This document shows, one piece after another, positions 28,843 through 42,500 of a stretch of DNA of 64,000 bases. The translations under genes and the position numbers were made by a program. The notes below the pieces were generated by a model. The model saw nothing but the letters and a program-made list of their open reading frames with translations. It made no database searches and had not been told where the DNA came from. Source of the DNA: an uncultured Porphyromonadaceae bacterium (GTDB lineage: Bacteria > Bacteroidota > Bacteroidia > Bacteroidales > Porphyromonadaceae); assembly GCA_963526345.1 (NCBI GenBank), contig CAURNJ010000002.1:54900-118899 (forward strand), given 5' to 3'. Position 1 is the first letter of the stretch. The number at the start of each line of letters is the position of its first letter.

Positions 28843-30393
28843 ATGCATCTAAGACTTCCCTTCGGCGCTCATTACACGGTGCGCCTACTTGCGGCTGTTG
28901 CTTCGCTCTGGCTCGTCACCTCATGCGGTATCGCTCCGCACGAGGTTCGTCCAACGGATCCCAAGCAACCCGTCAAGCGAGAGTTCCGTGGCGCGTGGCT
29001 TCCCACCATCTACCGCAGTGACTACGCTTCACGCTCTCGTGATGAAGCGCGCGAACTCCTGGCAAACCGTATCGCCCTCCTCCAGCGTCTCGGCTGCAAT
29101 GCGGTTATCTTCCAAGTACGCTCTGAGGGAGATGCCTTCTACCAGAGCGACCACGAGCCATGGAGCAAGTACCTTACAGGCAAGCAGGGGCAAGCCCCCG
29201 ATCCCTCGTGGGATCCCTTAGGCTTCGTCATCGAAGAATGCCACGCTCGTGGAATGGAGCTACACGCCTGGGTTAACCCCTACCGAGGCGCAGGGAATAC
29301 AGATGCTTACCTTGCTCCTAACCATCCGGCGAAGAAGTTCCCCGACCTCTTCATCCGCTACGGCAAGCAGCTCTATATGGATCCAGGCAATCCACAGAGT
29401 GTGCGCTACATCTGCTCCATCGTGCGCGACATCATACAGCGCTACGACATCGATGCTCTACACTTCGATGATTACTTCTACCCCTACCCTAAGGATGGAA
29501 TGGAGTTCGATGACGAAGAGTCTTTCAGCCGCTTCGGTCTCACCGCAGGTTACCGCCCTGAGCAAAAGAATAGCTGGCGACGCGAGAACGTCAACCACCT
29601 CATCTACTCCGTCCGCCAGACGATCCTTGAGACCAAGCCTTGGGTGCGCTTCGGTATCAGCCCCTTCGGTATCTACCGCAATGCCACCTCCTCAAGCAAG
29701 GGCAGTAAGACCGCTGGGCTACAGACCTATGACGACCTCCACGCCGATGTATTGCACTGGGTGCAGAAGGGCTGGGTAGACTACATCATCCCTCAAGTCT
29801 ACTGGAATATCGGGCATCAAGTCGCCGACTATGCCGAGCTCACCAAATGGTGGGGCAAGCATACACCTCAAGCGAAGGCACAGCTCTATATCGGCCAGCA
29901 TGCCCTACGTACGATGGACGGCAACCAGCTTGAGGACAAGCTCGCCCTGAGTCGTAAGTGGACGAGTGGCAACAGCTGGTGGTCGGGCGAAGATCTGCTG
30001 AAGAACTACAAGGGCTTAGGCGATAGCTTACTCAACACCTACCAGTCCTACCGTGCTCTTCTTCCTGAGGTTCATGGAGCGTTAGGCAAGACGAAGGCTC
30101 CTGCGCCCATCAAGCTCATCCTCGAGGATACCAACGAAGATGGTCACATGCTCCTGTGGGATGACTACCGTGAGCCCAGCGATCCCGAGTCCGCCTTCTA
30201 CTACGCCGTGTATGCCTTCCCCGAAGGAACACGCCAGGACATCTCTGATACGCGTTATCTGCTGAGTGTCTCGAACAATCCGTACTTCATCCTTCCGAGT
30301 ATGGAGCGTGGTACGACCTACCACTACTTAGTGACGGCGATCAACCGCTTCTGGCAGGAGAGTAAGCCCACCTCCATCCGCATCCGCTATTAG
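28843..30393 (+). CDS. GHL10 family (YddW/DigH-like) glycoside hydrolase lipoprotein with C-terminal FN3
   Basis: Lipobox VTSC; REFRGAW, ELHAWVNPYR, DALHFDDYFYPYP, DYIIPQVYW motifs. Confidence 0.9.
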   Translation: MHLRLPFGAHYTVRLLAAVASLWLVTSCGIAPHEVRPTDPKQPVKREFRGAWLPTIYRSDYASRSRDEARELLANRIALLQRLGCNAVIFQVRSEGDAFYQSDHEPWSKYLTGKQGQAPDPSWDPLGFVIEECHARGMELHAWVNPYRGAGNTDAYLAPNHPAKKFPDLFIRYGKQLYMDPGNPQSVRYICSIVRDIIQRYDIDALHFDDYFYPYPKDGMEFDDEESFSRFGLTAGYRPEQKNSWRRENVNHLIYSVRQTILETKPWVRFGISPFGIYRNATSSSKGSKTAGLQTYDDLHADVLHWVQKGWVDYIIPQVYWNIGHQVADYAELTKWWGKHTPQAKAQLYIGQHALRTMDGNQLEDKLALSRKWTSGNSWWSGEDLLKNYKGLGDSLLNTYQSYRALLPEVHGALGKTKAPAPIKLILEDTNEDGHMLLWDDYREPSDPESAFYYAVYAFPEGTRQDISDTRYLLSVSNNPYFILPSMERGTTYHYLVTAINRFWQESKPTSIRIRY

Positions 30394-30470
30394 CCGTCTG
30401 CACATCATTCTCCGCATAAAGCTCGGAGCTACGCAGAGCAAACAGGGTATAGAGAAGACATAAAAACAAG

Positions 30471-30511
30471 CATCACGCCCCACCATCTCTTATGGATGGT
30501 GGGGCGTGATG
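30471..30511. terminator. Perfect 17-bp hairpin, probable bidirectional terminator (original tRNA-Arg terminator)
   Basis: catcacgccccaccatc-N7-gatggtggggcgtgatg, near an A-run (U-tract on the minus strand). Confidence 0.85.
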
Positions 30512-33500
30512 TATGGTCTGGTACCCCCGAGCAAGATAGCCGACTCCATCATACTCGCTATATGAGCTATCGGATCTTCTGCCTTGCTGCTACGTCCCTT
30601 AGCCTTCTTCAATGTTGGAGAGAAGGCGCGGTCACGGTCGCCAAGATAGCTATACACATCATCGCTGGTAGTCTCATCGAAGCCTCGCAGAGGGATGTAG
30701 TACCCGTACATATTACGTACATGCTCCAGCGTTTCTCTGCTCATTAGCCCTCCTTCGTACTGCTTAGATAGAGGTGCATCCGTAGCCTTGTTCGTGAGTT
30801 TCCACAGCTCAGTGACATCGTTCACCTTCTCGAACTTCATAACCTCTTCGATAGCTTCGGCTTTGAGTGTCTGAATAGCCACGTCGGGACGATCAAGCAA
30901 GCCAGTAAGACCTGCGTAATCTCGCTCTCTGTACTTCGCATAGCTTGGTGCGAAGCGTGCTCGGATCTCGTCGTCTGTCTTATGCCATACGTCAGCAGTA
31001 ATATACCCTTCGCGATAGTCGGCTTCGTTTCTTATGCGGTCCGTATCATTGAGGTATGCATCCCAAAGACTGCTTGCCGTGAGCTCCTCACCCTCGCCAC
31101 TTTCCTTGACGGCCTTGTTGTGCGTATCGATGTCAGCCTCTACTGCCTTTTGGAAAGCCATGACGCGATTACGCTCCAGTCCGTGCTTAGCCATCATGTA
31201 GTCCGTGACGTATGAGTGGTGAGCCTTCTTGGCAAGACGGCTTACTTCTTCCACCAGGGGCTCGAGAGCCATACGTGTGTAAGCTGCGGCCTCGGCTTGA
31301 TTCACACTCGAGAGCCTATTCTCTCCCATGTAGGCATTCTGATACCCTTCGATCTCCTCGATGTACTTGGCATCTCCCTTAGCCTTCATGATCATTTCCA
31401 TAGTCTTCTTCAGCGAGAGCATACTATCTTGTAGTGCTTCTTGGGTCTGATAGCCCGACTTACGGATAAGCGCATCATAGGTAGCTGCCACCTTTACTGG
31501 AGCTATCTCTCCCTGGCGGAAGCGTATCCCTTCGTAGTTACCTACGCCCAGCTTCTCCTGCATGGCTATATCCTTAGCCTGTCCCATAAGCCCCTCGCCC
31601 TTCTTCATCTGATACGTGCGCCAAAGCATGTAGCGGAGCTCGCGGTCACTGATGTTCCAGCCTAAAGCGAGCTTCACTCGGCTGAGGAGATTGTAAAAGG
31701 CGTTGCGTACAACATTCCACAGGTCGCGTGCTTCGAGATCCTTGAAGCCCTGCTCAGCAAGCTCTGCGATATACTCCTCGGTGGCAAGGCGGGTGTTCCA
31801 CCCGTATCTCTTGCTTCGCTCGACAATACCATTTCGTACGGCTTCATTAGCACCTTCGAATACCTCGTCAAGGAACTTGCCGAACTGGTCCTTACCGACA
31901 AGTTCCTGCAAGCCCTTGTGCCCTACGACCTCATGGAGGATAGTAGCTTCGACGTCGTCTGCGCTCTCTGCATTAGGTAGCACCACTACCACCTGCCCCG
32001 TCTTAGGATCATACCAACCCTTAGCACCGCGCATTCTGCTCGTCTCGCTTTCATTGCGGCCTTCAATCTCTGCCGTATCGAGGATGACTCGCACGTCCTC
32101 CCCGAGAGACTCCGCAGTGCGTGTAGCAACCTCCTCCATTTGCACTATTGCATTGCTTTCTTCGGATAGCTCTATATTCTCAAAGGTTTCTACTACCTTT
32201 GTGGCAAGAGAAAGCTCCTGAGCTTGTTTAGCACCCGCAATTGGAGCGGGAGCGCTGGCAAGATACTCAAGGGCTTTTTCTTTATTTATATAGGTCGCTT
32301 TACCTGAATTAAGCCATTGAAGAACCCTGCCGTGACTCTTACCGTAAGTAGACGTAAGTAGATTAAAGTCTATATCGGCACCACCCTTACCCACTTCAAG
32401 AGTAACCAGTATGTTCCCTTCCTCTGTCTTGAGTTCTGTAAGAATTGCATGACTCCCATCCCTATGTGTTGAGAACACTGCAATAGGCTGCGCAACAGCT
32501 TTCGGCAGATCCAGAAGGTCAGACAAAGCAAATCCATGCTTCTTCATCTTCTTGATCACCTTGTTCCCATATAGGCGCATAAGTTTAGGTGCGACTCCGC
32601 CTGCCATAAGTTCGGAAGAAGGCATGCCAAGGGAGAAGATAGTGCTATCTGAGTTCTCTTCAGTGAGCTGAGCAAGCTCCGCATTAAATCGATTACTAAC
32701 TTCGTCTAACTCATCGGAGCGGTAGCGCACCTCCTCGTCGTTAGCTTCCTCGGTATCTTCCTCCGCATTGCTCACGTTGTTGGCTGCGTTCACCTGGGAG
32801 TCCATTTCAGCGTACTTGGCTTCCTTCTCTTCGAGCTCCTTCTGCATTAGCTCCTCGTAGTTGGCGACATCTTCGCGGGCCTTCTCGAGTTCCTCTTCGT
32901 GCTCGAATGGCTTACCCGAACGCGCCTCCATTTGCGCCAGCTCCTTCTCCTTTCGTGTATAGGTCTCCTTAGCATTGGCTGCGAGGGCCCGCACACGATC
33001 GCCCGTGATAACGGACTCAGTAATATCCTTTATGGCGTTTGCAATACGCATACCAGGAACGGGCGTATTCTCGATGCCCAGCTTTTCAGATGAGTAGGTC
33101 ATCACACGTCTCGACACGGCCGTCAGCTTGCTGTCCTTCTGCTCCATGTGCTTCTCGATCTTGGTGTTTACCACGAAGTCCACACCATTGACCGACAAGG
33201 TGAGCGAGCGTTGCACGCTGGTATTGCCGAAGCCTTCCTTAACCTCGGCTTCTGCTTCGGAGATCGTCTTGTTGTAGTCCTTAATGAACTCCTTCATCTC
33301 GTCCACAGATCCGAAGGCCCGCTTACCTACTACAATCTTATCGACCTTACCGCCTGGGAATAGCTCGTCAAGAGCGGAGAGGGTGTTCTCCGCCTTCTTC
33401 TCGATCACGCGAAGCCCTGCGATCTCCTGCTTCGTCTCGGGGATAGCCTTGCTTAGATAACGCTGGTCCGCTTCCCACTGCTTCCGCTTCGTCTCGAGCT

Positions 33501-36500
33501 TGCGCAGTTCCTTCTCGGCTTGGTTTTTCAGAAGGGCATACTCACTCCCCGAGAGGTTGGCTACCATGTCCCCGAAGTTGTCGCCCTCTTCTTCGATGCT
33601 TCGATGCTCGAGAGCGTTCTCCATATATTCAGCCCCGTGCATGATGCTATCCGCAATAGCCCCCTTCGTCTTGAGACGCTGGTAGGCTGTCACGTCAAGG
33701 CTATCTTCCACGCCAAAGCGCAGGATGCGAACGGGCTTACCCATTTCCTTGTGCAGGTTGCCCTGGCGTAGAATACGACCATTACGCTGGGTGTAGTCCA
33801 TTGGGCGGTTAGGTGCGTCCACATGGATAAGCGTGTGCAGTCGCTCCTGGATATTCACACCAGTACCCAGCGTGAATGATGAGCCGAGCACGACGCGCAC
33901 CTCTCCACTATTGACCTTGTCGAAGAGTGCCTTCTTTCTATTAGCATCCATGCCTGGCTTCATAATGACTACCTGTTCCTCGGGCACACCTCCCTCGATG
34001 AGCTTCTTGCGAATATCCTCGTACAGGTTAAAGCCCGACTCCTTATTATTGTAGATGTCGGAGAAGATGGCAACAGTCCCGTTGTACGCCTTTGTCTCCT
34101 CTAAACTCTTCAGGGTCTGACGTACTGCTTCGTTCGTCTTGCTCATGGGCTCGTCCATGGCGTCATTGACAACAAGACGAGGGTCTACAGCTGCCGCCTT
34201 CGCGATGCCGTACATGGTGAGTGGAATGTGTGAGTTCTCCTTCTTCTCCGCACCCGACATCTTATCGTAGGCCGCGAGTTGCTCCTTAACAAAGAGCATC
34301 ACCGAGCGAAGCCCAGGGGTTTGAGGCAGGAATATATCCGTTGCCTTACCACCTTCCAGCTCGGGGATCTTCTCCAGTACCTCGGGAGAGTTGCTGGTGA
34401 GTACCGTGTCAGATACCTGTGACCAAATACGCACCAGCTCGCTAAGACCGTCGTAACCGACGAAACGCTTGTTAGCCTTAAATCTCCCGTCCGTGGAGAA
34501 CTCCAGCTGCGTCTGCACTCGCCCGTAGTTACGTACGAAGTCGTCGAAGTTGGAAATGCTGTAGGCCTCCATATCCTCGCGTGGCATGAGATAGCGCATG
34601 AAGGTCCATATCTCGGCAGCCGTGTTGCTGATAGGCGTGCCAGTAGCGAACAGGATATTTCGCCCGCCAGTCTTCTCCATGACGCTTTGGATCTTGAGAT
34701 ATAGGCCCTGGCTCTTATTGGAATAAGACGGGTCGATACCCTTAATGCCTCGACCCATGGCGGTCTCAAATCCCAGGTGCTTATACTCGTGGGCCTCGTC
34801 GATGAGAAGGGCATCAATACCGAGATCGTCGAACTCATAGACACCCTCGTCCACCTTGCGGTCCAGCATCTGCTGCGCCTTGGCTTCTGCGTTCATGCGC
34901 GACTTAGCTTCGGCCTTCGCGTCAATGGCGGGGCGTGACGACTTAGCGACCTCCTTCTCGAGGTTCTGTAGCTCTTTTACCTTAGCACGATAGACCGCAC
35001 TGCGGGCTGCGTCCTTGTCCTCCTTCATCGCTTCGATCACCTCGCGCTTCTCGCGGATCTTCTCTTCGATATAAGTACGCTTGCGCTCCTCGCTGTCGGG
35101 GATCTTGTCGAAGGTAGACTGAGGGATGATAATCATATCCCAGTCGTTGTACATTACGTTCGCATAGAAACGCTTGCGACCTTCGTGGCCCTTATCATCT
35201 TCGGATAGTGTGAGGATATTAGCTTGTGGGTAGAGGAGCTTCGCGCTATTGACGAACTGCCCTACGGTCGCATTCTGGACGACGATCATAGGCTTCTTAG
35301 CTGTGCCGAGACGTCGCATCTCCATAGCTGCCGAGATCATCGTGAAGGTCTTACCCGTACCCACCTCGTGAGCGAGGAGCACGGGCTGCGTCGTTGCACG
35401 GATAGCCGCCTTAGCCTGGTGAGGTCGTAGCGTGATCTTGTTTGACGCGCCTTCGAAGTGCGTGGGGGCAAAGTCGTCGGGCATTGTCATGGGGACGTAG
35501 TTATTCATCTCCATGTTGTACTTAGTCGTCAGCTGCTCCGCGAGCTTGTCATCCTCCTGCACCTTAGCCTGCATCCAGTCTACGAAGTCCTGGCGGAGCT
35601 CGTCGGCCTTGTCGGATACGGCAGCCGTTGCGGCTTTGTCGGTGGTCGTCTTGGTTGTGCGGTCCTTGCCATACCCGAAGCTCTCCGTCTTAGATACGAT
35701 CTTAGTCTTGAGGTTGATGGCCACGTCCATAAGCTCCGTGCCAAGGATATACTCGTCGAGAAGCTCCGAGCGTACGCCGATAGCCTTGTTGGCTTCGGTA
35801 TAGTCGTCGCTCTTGGTTGTCATCACCCAGCCCCCACCATGCTTAGAGAGAGATACGCGGACTCCTGTGCGCTCCTGCACGAACTCCTCGAACACCTTGG
35901 CAGGTATCCACGAAGCACCGAAGGAGTAGGGAAGGAGGTGCGCTGGAATATCCTGTGGCATCACCTCACGAAGGGCAGAGACGTTAGCGTCGTACTTGCC
36001 GCCTTCGTTGTTGGCTTCTGCGGCTGCGAGCTTCTCACGCACGTTCCCACTGAGGTAAGCATAGCGAGACTCCACAACGCCCGTGCTTGGGTTTTCAAAC
36101 GCAAGACCCGTAGCGAGTGACGCCTTCTTTGCTTCCTCCTCGCTGATAGATAGAGCATCGGAGAGGTATTGCAGATCAACACGACCGAAGCTGAGGATAC
36201 TCACCTTGACCGCCTGTGTTGGGTCTGTTGGCTTCTCTTTCGTCTTGGCGTCAATGATGCGGCTGCTGAAGATGTCGGTCTTCCCGTAGATCTTCGTCTT
36301 GCTGCCGTCGACGTTTGCCTTCTCCTCGAACTTCTCGATGGCTTGGATGCTTGGCCAATCAATATCCTTGCTAAGGAAGGAGATCGCTCTATTCTTGTTG
36401 AGGTTGCCGTAGCGTTCGACGAAGGTGTCGTAAGCAGTATTTAGAGCCTGCTGCAATTCCTTGAGCTTACCCGTAGAGTCTTCCGATGCCTGGAGCTGGT

Positions 36501-39500
36501 AGTCGATAAGTTCGTTCAGTGCCTTCTTGATGGCGCGGTAGTCCTCTACCACCTGGGCCTTTGCGTACTTACTGAGCACCTTCTTCCCGTCATTGGCGAA
36601 GCTCTCAGCAATGGTAACACCCTTGTTGGTGGAAACGATAGCAACAGATCCGTCCTTCTGCACAAAGACCTCACCGATCTTATATTCGCTTAGGTCCTTG
36701 CCCGATGTGACGCCCGTACGAGCACCTTCATTCGGATCGACTTTAGCCATGTCGATCTTCTTCATGCTGCGCACCCATGCAGTGAGCAGCTTGTCTTGGT
36801 CGATATTCGGTGTTGGATATAGCCCTGCGCTGGTAGCTCGGTAGGTTGCACCATTCTCAAACGCCAGCTTCATCTCACCGCCCATGTGCTCGGGGTGCTG
36901 TACGAAGTAGTCGTTATACGATAGTGCGACCTCTCTTGTCGTGGCACGTTCTCCCGAGTAGTCTGTGTACTTACCCGTACGTACTGGCGTCGTCTCAGTG
37001 ATATTGATAGCACCAGCGAGCTTTTCGCCATTCTCTCCTCGCTTGCGAACGATGATGATGTCAGACGTGACGCTTGCACCGATAAACGTTTCGTTGTGCA
37101 GGCGGAACGCACCGACGACGTCGGAGTTACCCCCGTCCTTATCTGTGAGCCATAAGCGCAGGTCTCTGCTCTTGTCAAGCGTACCGCTCGAGGTGATGAA
37201 TACCCCGAGCCCGTTTGGTGCAAGCGTGCGCACATTCTTGGCTATACAGAAGTCGTGAATGTTCTTACCGAACTTACGTGATAGGTCGGAGAAGCCCGTA
37301 TCATCGTGGACCTTGAGGCCCGTGACAAATGGCACGTTAGTAATAGCAAGGCTTACAGATCCTGGGGCTACCTTGGTATTTTGGAAGCCCTTGATATGTA
37401 CGTCTGCGTCGGGATAGAGAAGTGAAAGGATGCCGCCCGTGATGCCGTCGATCTCTACCGCCTGGATATTGCTCACGTCGCTAACACCCTTTGGCATGCG
37501 CGCAAGCATAGAGCCGATACCCGCAGAGCCCTCGAGGATGTTGCCACCCTTAAAGCCCAGCGCGGACACAGCGTCCCAAATTTGGTCGATAATCTTTGCG
37601 GGGGTATAGTAAGCCGTCAGTCGGCTCTCATTCGCTTCGCGTAGCTCATCCTCTGTGAGGAGCTCTCGTAGAGTGGCGTAAGTTGTGCTGTACTCGTTAA
37701 AGGCTGCGCCTAATCCACCCCAACCAGTCCACTGAGCAAGGATAGCCTTCTCGGCTTGCGTTGCTTCGCGGCCCTCGTTGAGTATCTCCTTCGAGAGTTT
37801 AATCGCATCTATGTTAGCCTTGATGCGCGCGACCTCAGACTTAGGGGAGTTGTCCTCGCCCTTCTTCTCACGCCAGTTGCGTGTATTCAGCTTAGCGGGC
37901 TTCTCGCCCTTGGGAGCTTCTACTGATTGATCAAGCTGTTCAGGTACTCCTCCGCCTCGCTGGTCGTCAGCGAGAGTATCTTCGACACTACGTCGATCCA
38001 CTCGCTTCTGCTTAGGCTGCTTAGCTTGACTTTCTGCTGGCGTTCCCAGCGGTTCATCAGGTCGATGTTCCTCCCCTGCTTCTCGCTCTCCAGTGCTGGT
38101 GCGAGCTGGTACGTGTACTTCTTCTGTTCCATTGTTCTCTGCTTCCTTTGTTTCTGCGAGCTGCTGCTCCTTCACTTCTGCCATTTGCGCCTGCGCTTCC
38201 TGTTCCTTGGCTACGTGGCGCGCCTGCTCGATAAGCTCGGGGCGTTCTTCCTTCCCAAAGTTAGCAATATCAAAACTATTGACAGCATCATAGCCGTCCA
38301 TCTTTTGGGATAGCCCTGACTCCACCAACTCTGGCATATCGCGCGCTCCATTGTAGAAGGCTTTGATATAGGGTCGGACCTCTTCCCCGAGGTCATTGAT
38401 AAGCGTCTCTGCAAAGCGGCTGAACTTACTAAGCCCTCGGTCGATGTAGCCCACTGCGAGCTCCAGCCCGATAGCCAGTACCTCGGGGTCTACACCTGCA
38501 TTAAGCTGCCCGCGTAGCTTCTTCTTCATGCGAGCCTTGAGCTCTTGCATGCGCTCGTCGGAGACAAGGCCGAACTGCCCTTCGTTCTTGACACGGACCT
38601 CTTCCTGCTCTTCCTTCTCCTGCTGCTCTGCGACCTCGTTAGTATGCTCTACGGCCTGCATCATGCGACGCTGTGCAAGTAGATTACTGGCCTTGCTGGA
38701 TGTCCAGCCATTAGACACATACCACCCTCTACCGAGTGAAATAGCCTCGATAAGATTGTCGGGTACATTGGGATTGCTTAGGATATGGGCATCTACGGAA
38801 TTGGTATCCATGCGGCTTCGAGCTTGCAGGACACCTCTGATACGCCATAAGGTATCTCCGTCTGTATCCTCATTGTCGATCAATGCAACCAGCTCCTCGT
38901 CGCTCATATCCTCGGGCTCAATGGTCACTGGGCGCATGCCGTTAGTAGCATCGGCTTCTACCTTTTCCTCCTCGATGTGGTCGGATAGTATCGCTTCACC
39001 CGTGGCGTGTAGAGCTCCCATAAGCCCCTCTAAGCTCACCTTGCGTGGCTGAGGCTGTGGCTTCGACTTCTTCTTAGTAGTGGACTTGGGTGTTGTTTTT
39101 TCGCTATCTTCGTCGGTAGATAATGACTCCTGAGTATCGGAATATTGACGGGGATTAGTCCCGTCCAGAAGTGTCCGCTGCTCGGGAGTCATTTCACTCG
39201 CGCTTCCCTCAGCTATCTCCTTTTCGCTATCTTTGTCTACCGAAAGAGCGTGGCTTTGGTTTGAAGCGCTGCCCCCAGTCATTCCGCCTTGCGTGGCTGA
39301 TGGGGTGGGAACATTTGCAGAGGCGGTCTCTGTAGTAGGAGCCATATTATTCGCGCCCTCCTCCCAAAGCAACGCTCTTTCTTTTAAGCTCTTAACCTTT
39401 TCATAGCCTGAGGAAGACACTCCCAGATACTCCCCACTCTTCGTTGGAAGAACTAAAGTAACGGCTCTCTTCCCCGTACGACTACGCCCCTTTTCTATAG

Positions 39501-42500
39501 AGAAAATATAAGTATTGAGCTTATTCCCTTCTCGTACATGGTCAAAGTGCTGCATAATATCAACGACAAAAGCTACAGCTTCCTCTTGTGTTGATATCCC
39601 TAATTCTTTTCCATGGCGATCAAGAATATGCTGAGCCATTGACTCCGTCATCCTCATCGGCATAGGCTTGAGACCAATAGCTTCAAATACATTGTCTGAG
39701 ATCTTGACTAAGTCGATGCCTCCCTCACTATTCTCAAAGAAGTATCCTCCTCGCTTAGATGCAATAGCAGACAAACGATAACCCTCCCCAGTCGCATCAC
39801 TCGCCTGGGTCTCCCCCGATTCGGGGGATTCCTTACTTGTGGGTTGGGTTACTTTTCTCCCGCTTTGAGGATCGCTTGAAGCTCTTCCTCTACGCTCGGC
39901 TGTCCCTGCTCGGCTCTGATCTTGTTCATCGCCTCCAGGTGTTCCTTGTCCTTCTTGTTCCCTGCCATCGCTCCTTTCACCGTTGTTGCCAGGAGTATCG
40001 CTTCCATCAGTTCCATTGTCTTGTCTTTCTCTTTGTGGATTATACTCTATGTTGAACACCGCACGCACAGCCTCCGCAAGCGTCTTAGGATTTACCTCAC
40101 CTTCCCCGAAGAGCGTATCCTCGGAGACGGCCTGCACTGCATCGTACACCGCATTGAGCTTTGCGATGAGCTCCTTCTGTGTGTAGAACTTATAACGGAG
40201 AGCAAGCTGCACAGCAAAGTTACTATACTGCTCGGAGTTCACCTCACCCGTGATGAGGTCGCCTGAGAAGCGCATCCACGTTTCGATAGCACGCTCTGCA
40301 TCCTCGAAGGTCTTAGCCTCTGCAAATGGAGCATATCCCATAAGAGCACTGTATGCACTTACAGACGATTGCAGTTCGTCAAGGAACTGTGCATCAGCTG
40401 GACTCTGCTGGTCGCGATATGAAACACGGAGTAGTGCCTGCTGGATACGCTTGGGTAGGTTGAAAAACTCATCTTTTAGGCTGTTGTGCGCCCCCTCGAA
40501 AAATGATCGGTACAGCGTATCACGGAGGTCTTCCTTGGCCTCGGCTGTGATCTCACCCTTAGCTCCGAAGGCACTACGATATTGGGTGTCTGAGATGAAA
40601 CCTTGGCTATTGAGCCAGATCAAGGTCTCCACTGCATTACGTGTGATGGACTCCGCAAGGCTCAGATCATCATCACTCGTCTCTAAGAGGAAGCAAACGA
40701 AGGCACCGCGCTTCTCTCCGATCTTCGCATAAAGCGTCTGAGGGTTAATGCGCTCGACTCCTCCACTCTCGATATCACTCTGTCTATACTGCCCCAGCTC
40801 AATTGCTCGGTTATCACTCACGTCGGCAAGATGCACCAGCACGGGGGACTTCATTCCCTCGATAGCTTTGGGGTCAATACCGAGGGCCTCTGCATTCTCG
40901 ATGAGGTACTGCTTGTACTTCGCTCCGCTCGTATCACGGAACGACTCCCATACGACACGAAGTGCGTCGGCACGGCTATTGCCCTGGATTACCTCACCAC
41001 GTGCGTTGATGGTAGGAGCACCCGTGTAAGCCGTGGCACTCGTCGTGATCTCCTCAGGATTGATATTCGCAGCAATACGGACGGCTGCCTGATCGCTCAC
41101 AACGTCGCTTCTGTCCTTTGGCTGTGCCTCGGGAATGAAGTGCAGCTGATTTTGGTAGCCTCTTATATGGCTTGGTTGCAGGCTCTCCGCTTCAATGATT
41201 GCATAGCGAGCATGCTGGGTGTCGTTCGTTGCGAACTTCACATCAGACTCCTTACCGATAAGTGCGTCAGTAAGCTCTCCCTGGCGATCAACTCGAACAT
41301 TTGCCACCTTAATATAGCCACGTGCTCTTGCATCAGCAGGGGTATCCTTGTTCCATTCGGGGACGTTAGCCTGTTGTGACGTGAGATCAACATCCTCCTT
41401 CTTACCCTTGACTTCTTCCTCTTCGGGTACAGGATCTCCCATTAGCCCTTCAGCTTCGGGCTGGGTAGCTTCTTCCTCTACTACATCACCCTGCATATGC
41501 TCGGTTGCTATCTCAGCGACAGCCTGCCAGTGTGCGAGCGAAGCCTCCGCAGCTTCGATACCCTCAGATACCTCTGCAAGTGCCTGGATCTTCCCCTCGA
41601 TGGTGTCTGCACTTCGTGGCTTAGCCTTCTTAGCCTTTCCAAGTGCCTTCTCCTTATCAGCTACAGTACTCTCAATAACCATTAGGGCAATACCCACATC
41701 CCCTTGAGTTGCATGCACCACAGCCTCGTATGCTTCCTCTGCAGAGAGCCCCTCATCGTTGGGATCAGCGTGTGAGGTGCTTTCACTATCTTTGCTCTCA
41801 GAAGGCGTGCTTTGAGACGCATCCGTGCCCTCAGAAGCAGGGTCGGACAATTCAGTCCCCTGCGGTGAGTATAAGTCTTGATCTATGTCCGAAGCATCAG
41901 ATGCGTTGTCGGCGCGCATCCAAAGCACTACACCTTCTGTAAGCAACCGCTTGACCTGATTCCGACTCTTTTCCTGATTAGACACGATCACCTCACCTCC
42001 ATCTCGCTGTACAGAGACCGACGTGAAGTAGTACTGACGACTTCCATCCTCCTTCTCAAATACACGTATGTAGATATAGGAGCTATCTCGTTCCGTCTCT
42101 TGCCCATCCTTGGCGGTACTGCCTTCTTCGACAATAGCATGTGGAGCTTCAAGCGTTGGGCGGATCATACCCAGCTTATTCTTTCTACCCTCACGCATCA
42201 TCTTGAGGAATTGGTTTTCACCCATGTGAGCGTCACCTATCGGCGTATGGACAACACCATCTTCCCCGAACTCAGCATCCCAGTTCTCTGTGGTCAGATC
42301 AAGCTCGGGAGCTCGTCCGGGATGTTCGTCGATGTGTAAGAGGAAGGCTTCCGCCTCCTCTTCTGTCATACTCCGACCAATAATACCATCATCCTCTACA
42401 GGCTCTCTTTCGGTATCCTCGGTGGATAGGCTCTCATCGTTGGAATCTCCCTCTGACAGACTTTCGCTACCTTTGTCCGCAGACGAAGCCTCTTCAGACG

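Noticed and set aside
40863..40870. Additional antisense TAGCTTTG box within the giant ORF
   Set aside because: Lacks the tttcRc context and I saw no downstream closing stem; consistent with chance occurrence.
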